A DNA stretch of 64,000 nt. It comes from Planctomycetota bacterium (GTDB taxonomy: Bacteria; Planctomycetota; Brocadiia; JAADGH01). The DNA lies in NCBI GenBank assembly GCA_040755855.1, contig JBFMAD010000001.1, positions 32,001-96,000 of the forward strand. Reading direction: 5' to 3'. Position numbers and translations under genes: made by a program. The notes beneath the pieces were generated by a model, which worked only from the letters and a program-made list of their open reading frames with translations, did no database searches and was not told the DNA's origin. Below, one piece after another: positions 60,011 through 64,000 of this stretch. Each line of letters begins with the position of its first letter. The first letter of the stretch is position 1.

Positions 60011-60042
60011 GTCGAAGAGTCGAAAGGTCGAAGGGTCAAAGA
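60011..60042 (+). repeat. 8-mer tandem array (GTCGAAGA)x4, left arm
   Basis: gtcgaaga gtcgaaag gtcgaagg gtcaaaga. Confidence 0.9.
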
Positions 60043-60083
60043 GCAAGAAATAGTGGGAGATATTTGACAGAAGGGAGAGGAAA

Positions 60084-60458
60084 ATGGAGGCGGCGAGATG
60101 TTTTGAAGATCTGTGGGTGTGGCAGGAGGCGCGGGTTGTTGTGAGGAACATCTACTCGGATTTCGGCGCTGGCACGCCGGCTTGCCAGGACTTCGGTTTC
60201 AGAAACCAAGTTCAAAAAGCAGGTATTTCGGTCATGAACAATATCGCCGAGGGATTTGAACGAAACTCGGATGCAGACTTCGCCCGATTCCTCGAAATCG
60301 CCAAAGGTTCCTGCGGCGAGGTCCGCAGCATGTACTACCCCGCGCAGGATCTGCAGTATGTCACGGAGGACACAGCAGCGCAGCGGCGTGAGACACTGAG
60401 GCGAATCGCAGCCGGGATCGCCTCGCTCATCGCTCACCTCAGAAAGCCGAGCGACTGA
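60084..60458 (+). CDS. Four-helix-bundle protein (23S rRNA IVS protein-like, TIGR02436-type)
   Basis: FEDLWVWQEA, DFGFRNQ..KA..SVMNNIAEGFER, F.RFLEIAKGSCGEVRS. Confidence 0.92.
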   Translation: MEAARCFEDLWVWQEARVVVRNIYSDFGAGTPACQDFGFRNQVQKAGISVMNNIAEGFERNSDADFARFLEIAKGSCGEVRSMYYPAQDLQYVTEDTAAQRRETLRRIAAGIASLIAHLRKPSD

Positions 60459-60485
60459 TCCAGTGTATTGCACAGCCAAACAATT

Positions 60486-60533
60486 TTTTGGACTATTTGA
60501 CTCTTCGACCCTTCGACTCTTCGACTCTTGAAC
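60486..60533 (-). repeat. 8-mer tandem array (TCTTCGAC)x~6, right arm, inverse of the left arm
   Basis: ttttggac tatttgac tcttcgac ccttcgac tcttcgac tcttgaac. Confidence 0.9.
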
Positions 60534-60549
60534 TTGTGAGCGTTCCGCG

Positions 60550-62034
60550 ATGAGACGCCCCAACATCCTGTATGTCATGGCCGACGACCACGCCGCCAAT
60601 GCGATCAGTTGCTACGGCTCGCGCCTCGCGTCGGTCTTCCAGACCCCGAACATGGACCGGCTTGCCGCGGAGGGCGTTCGCCTGACAAACTTCTTCGCCA
60701 CCAACTCCATCTGCACCCCCGCACGGGCCACGATCATGACCGGGCAGCACGGCCACATCAACGGCGTGCGCACGCTGGCCGACACATGGCATCCCGAAAA
60801 CGGGCCGAACCTCGCCTTGCTCCTCCAGCAGGCGGGGTATGAGACCGCGATGATCGGCAAGTGGCACCTCCACTGCACGCCCGTCGGCTTCGACGACTAC
60901 AAATACATGTGCAACTGCCACGAGCAGGGGACCTACCAGAATCCTGTCTTTGCAGAGAAGGGCCTGGGCGAAGTCCCGTACACCGGCTACGTGACCGACA
61001 TCATTACCGAAATGGCCCTCAAGTGGCTGCATCGGCGCAAGGGATCGGCCAAGCCGTTCTTCATGATGTTCCACCACAAGGCCCCGCACGACTTCTGGGA
61101 GTTCGCCGAGCGGCACGAGCGCATGTTCGACGGCGTTGAAATCCCCTGGCCCCACAGCCTCTTCGAGGACCGCAGCCACCGCTCGGAGGCGTCGCGCGAC
61201 TACGGCAGCTCCGTCACCCCGCGCAGCGGCGTCCGCAGCCTCTACGCCGACTTCTGCAAGCCGAACTATGTCACCGGCCCCCTCAGCGGCACGGAGAACA
61301 TGACCTTCGAGGAGAAAGGCATCGCCGCCTACCAGAAGTACCTCAAGGACTACCTCCGCACCGTGGCCGGAATTGACGACGCCATCGGCGCGGTGATGAT
61401 GGAGCTGGAGAGGCAGGGCATCCTCGACGACACGATCGTCATCTACACCTCCGACCAGGGCATGTTCCTCGGCGAGCACGACTACCAGGACAAGCGGTGG
61501 AGTTACGAGGAGAGTCTCATGTCGCCGTTTATCGTCCGCTACCCGAGTGAGATCGAGGCGAGGACGGTCGCCGACGCGCTGATGGACAACACCGACATCG
61601 CGCCGACGCTCCTGGACTATGCGGGAGTGGATGCGCCCGAGGCGATGCAGGGCCTCTCACGGCGTGCCATGCTCGCGGGGAAGTCGAACGCGCCCAGGCG
61701 GGATGCACTTTACTTCCGCTACTGGATGCACCTGGCCCACAAGCACCACAACCCGGCCCACTACGGCATCCGGACGGGTCGCTGGAAGTTGATCTTCTAC
61801 TACGGCCTCCCCCTCGACGCGGCCGGCGCGGTGAATGAAAAGTCCCCGGCGGGATGGGAGCTGTATGACATGCAGAACGACCCCTTCGAGCTGCGGAACC
61901 TCTACCAGGACCCGGCCCATGCCGACACGATCCGCGACCTCCGCAATCAGCTCGATGCGCTCAAAGAGAAGTACGGCGACACGGACGACAGATATCCCGA
62001 ACTCGTCGAGCGGAGAAAGCAAACTGGCCGGTAA
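60550..62034 (+). CDS. Cys-type formylglycine sulfatase (no signal peptide)
   Basis: RPNILYVMADDH, SICTPARA (CxPxR), GKWHL, HKAPH, YTSDQG, DKRW.YEES. Confidence 0.92.
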   Translation: MRRPNILYVMADDHAANAISCYGSRLASVFQTPNMDRLAAEGVRLTNFFATNSICTPARATIMTGQHGHINGVRTLADTWHPENGPNLALLLQQAGYETAMIGKWHLHCTPVGFDDYKYMCNCHEQGTYQNPVFAEKGLGEVPYTGYVTDIITEMALKWLHRRKGSAKPFFMMFHHKAPHDFWEFAERHERMFDGVEIPWPHSLFEDRSHRSEASRDYGSSVTPRSGVRSLYADFCKPNYVTGPLSGTENMTFEEKGIAAYQKYLKDYLRTVAGIDDAIGAVMMELERQGILDDTIVIYTSDQGMFLGEHDYQDKRWSYEESLMSPFIVRYPSEIEARTVADALMDNTDIAPTLLDYAGVDAPEAMQGLSRRAMLAGKSNAPRRDALYFRYWMHLAHKHHNPAHYGIRTGRWKLIFYYGLPLDAAGAVNEKSPAGWELYDMQNDPFELRNLYQDPAHADTIRDLRNQLDALKEKYGDTDDRYPELVERRKQTGR

Positions 62035-62079
62035 GGATTCGGGTCAAGGGACCAATAACAAGGAAAAGGAGTCTGATTG

Positions 62080-63228
62080 ATGAAACTTGACAAGGCCGAG
62101 CGACTGCATTTCACCACCGTCGGCGAGGACGGCGTCCGCACCATCCTCGCGTGGAACACCCGCGTCGTGAGCAAGAAGCCCGGCTACCAGGTGCTCCCAT
62201 CCTCCGAGAAGGAACGGGGCGACGGCCTGCGCCTGTGCAACCGCGACAAGGCCGCCCCGGGCTACGTCCTCTACAGCCCCGACCACTCGAAGAAGTTCCT
62301 CCTCATTGACCTCGACGGCAAGATCGTCCACGAGTGGAAGGCATGGACCACGCACTTCGGCTATCTGCTCCCCAACGGCCACCTGCTGCTCGACACCGAG
62401 TTCTCGCCCGACCGCGACCTCGGCATCGTCGAGGTGGACTGGGACGGCAACGAAATCTGGTCCTGCCCCTGCCAGGTGCACCACGACTTCCAGCGCCTCG
62501 ACAACGGCAACACGATGGTCCTCTGCCAGCGCGAGATCGAGAAGCCGCAAATCTGCCGCGGCACGCTCCTGAGCACATACCTCTATGAGGTCACGCCCGA
62601 CCGCGAGGTCGTCTGGGAGTGGTACAGCGAGGACCACATCGAGGAACTGAAGCGCTTGGCCGGCGTCAAGTTCCCCGGCGACAATCCCGACTGGACGCAT
62701 TCGAACACGGTGCAGGTCCTCCCCGAGACCCCTGCCTTGCGCGACCCGCGCTTCAAGCCGGGCAACGTGATGGTGAGCCATCGCAACCTTGATACGGCCC
62801 TCGTAATCGAGCGCGAGACGGGCGAGATCGTCTGGACGTGGGGACCGGGCGTGATGTCGCGCCAGCACGCGACGATCATGATGGATAACGGCCACATGAT
62901 CTGCTTCGACAACGGCACGCTGCGGAAGTGGTCGGCGGTGTGGGAGGTCGAGCCGATCAGCGGCGAGATCGTCTGGTCCTACAAGGGCGACCCGCCGTCG
63001 TCGTTCTTTGCGTCGGCCCTGTCCAATGCGCAGCGCCTGTGGAACGGCAACACGTTCATCTGCTCCGGCTCGCAGCCGGACCACGGGCGGCTGTTCGAGG
63101 TCACGCCCGACGGCGAGATCGTCTGGGAGTTCCAGAACCCGTATGCCGAGTATGCCGAGGGGCAAAAGATCGTCTATCGCGCCTACAAGTATTCCCCCGA
63201 GTTCATCGAGCCGTTTCTGAAGAAGTGA
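62080..63228 (+). CDS. Aryl-sulfate sulfotransferase (ASST)-like beta-propeller protein
   Basis: LIDLDGKIVHEW, HHDFQRL.NGN, DWTHSN, QH, FDNG, SNAQRL.NGNT, YRAY.Y. Confidence 0.8.
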   Translation: MKLDKAERLHFTTVGEDGVRTILAWNTRVVSKKPGYQVLPSSEKERGDGLRLCNRDKAAPGYVLYSPDHSKKFLLIDLDGKIVHEWKAWTTHFGYLLPNGHLLLDTEFSPDRDLGIVEVDWDGNEIWSCPCQVHHDFQRLDNGNTMVLCQREIEKPQICRGTLLSTYLYEVTPDREVVWEWYSEDHIEELKRLAGVKFPGDNPDWTHSNTVQVLPETPALRDPRFKPGNVMVSHRNLDTALVIERETGEIVWTWGPGVMSRQHATIMMDNGHMICFDNGTLRKWSAVWEVEPISGEIVWSYKGDPPSSFFASALSNAQRLWNGNTFICSGSQPDHGRLFEVTPDGEIVWEFQNPYAEYAEGQKIVYRAYKYSPEFIEPFLKK

Positions 63229-63536
63229 AGTCGCATCGCGGGTTCCGGGGTTGACGGCGAGCTGCGGGGACATCAACCAGGCGGCGAAGCCGCGACTCCG
63301 AGTCCCCGGGAAGCGGAAGCCGATAGATCACAAGATACTGTTTCGTCGAGACTTGATACAAATAATTAAGTATGGTGTCCCCGGAACTCAGTTGCAGAAC
63401 CCCCATGGTGATTCACAGTCGCCGCATCAGCAGATGTCACCACGGCGTGAAGCCGCAGGGATCGTCCGCCGGCTCCACATCCTCCAGGTATAGGGCACGG
63501 GCCGCTTGTCCGGAGGCTCCGGTGAATGTATATCAG

Positions 63537-63664
63537 GGGCCTGTTGCCCAAATCCCGAACTGGCAAAAATGATCTGTAGCCGCAGGCTTTAGCCTGCGCC
63601 GTTTGGCCGTGCGACCCCGAATCGCGCAGGCTAAAGCCTGCGACTACATTTGGGCAACGCGCCC
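63537..63664. mobile_element. 128-bp MITE-like element with 17-bp TIRs, TCAG direct repeats and a GTAG-REP doublet
   Basis: TCAG|gggcctgttgcccaaat ... atttgggcaacgcgccc|TCAG (15/17 match); internal tgtagccgcaggctttagcctgcg / cgcaggctaaagcctgcgactaca. Confidence 0.75.
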
Positions 63665-63689
63665 TCAGATATTTAATTACCAAAAACAA

Positions 63690-64000
63690 CTACCAGGGGT
63701 GAGAGCGGGGGACGCGGCGGCTCACGGCGCAAAGGACTTCGTTAGGGATCGTGCCGAGGAGTTTGGCCACCGACTCGACTGAGATCATCTCGTCGCCCTG
63801 CCGCCCATAGACGACCACGTCATCCCCTATCTGCACCTCCGGTACATCTGTGATATCAACCACGCACTGATCCATGCAAATACGGCCGATAATGTGGCAA
63901 TGTTTGCCGTGGATGAGGACATGGCCCGTGTTAGAGAGGAGGCGGTTCAAGCCGTCGGCGTATCCGATGGGGAGCGTCGCGGCTCGGGTGGGGCGGGCGG
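63690..64000 (-). CDS. alr: Alanine racemase family, C-terminal part (runs off the window end)
   Basis: ATLPIGYADG, IGRICMDQ, GTIPNEVLC..SRRVPR. Confidence 0.9.
   Translation of the reverse strand, partial: ARPTRAATLPIGYADGLNRLLSNTGHVLIHGKHCHIIGRICMDQCVVDITDVPEVQIGDDVVVYGRQGDEMISVESVAKLLGTIPNEVLCAVSRRVPRSHPW

Noticed and set aside
56728..60039. Very long antisense ORFs (also 19610-22363, 8872-10914, 26960-28846, 2195-3886 and others)
   Set aside because: Shadow frames of high-GC genes. They lie opposite well-supported genes and have no recognisable motifs.
60084..60458. Diversity-generating retroelement (Avd-like gene) or true 23S rRNA intervening sequence
   Set aside because: No reverse transcriptase, no TR/VR pair and no rRNA sequence nearby.
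63360..63532. Half-palindrome TAAGTATGGTGTCCCCGGAA and a possible gene fragment (YTFTGASGQAARALYLEDVEPADDPCGFTPW) next to the MITE
   Set aside because: No partner arm, no start codon and no recognisable family; too weak to call.

Overview
GC-rich bacterial chromosome segment, probably from a PVC-superphylum (Planctomycetota-like) organism. This is inferred from the long-form GreA, large PQQ-propeller proteins, Zn-ribbon/TPR protein, several sulfatases and DUF3467/DUF502 genes. The core is housekeeping: rlmN, gltX-pfkB-thpR-recA-htrA-alaS, rpmF-plsX-fabH-fabD-fabG-acpP-fabF, lysS, lolC/E-lolD, ilvE, mnmG and a partial alr. It is interleaved with accessory secreted carbohydrate- and sulfate-ester-processing genes (1.4-11.3 kb, 53-63 kb). 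No rRNA, tRNA, CRISPR, prophage or full-length transposase was seen. The most unusual signals are in small non-coding DNA. (1) A four-helix-bundle (IVS/Avd-like) gene is enclosed by two inverted 8-mer tandem arrays that can pair into one long stem, and related gene-less 6- and 7-mer arrays lie elsewhere in the window. (2) Three MITE-like elements carry REP-like hairpins as cargo. (3) A REP-like palindrome is inserted in frame in mnmG. (4) RTCGAY appears strongly depleted across the window. Protein-level oddities include a Thr-nucleophile sulfatase-like enzyme and an alanine racemase with the VanT-type Tyr-to-Asn change. All calls were made by eye from motifs; no database searches were run.
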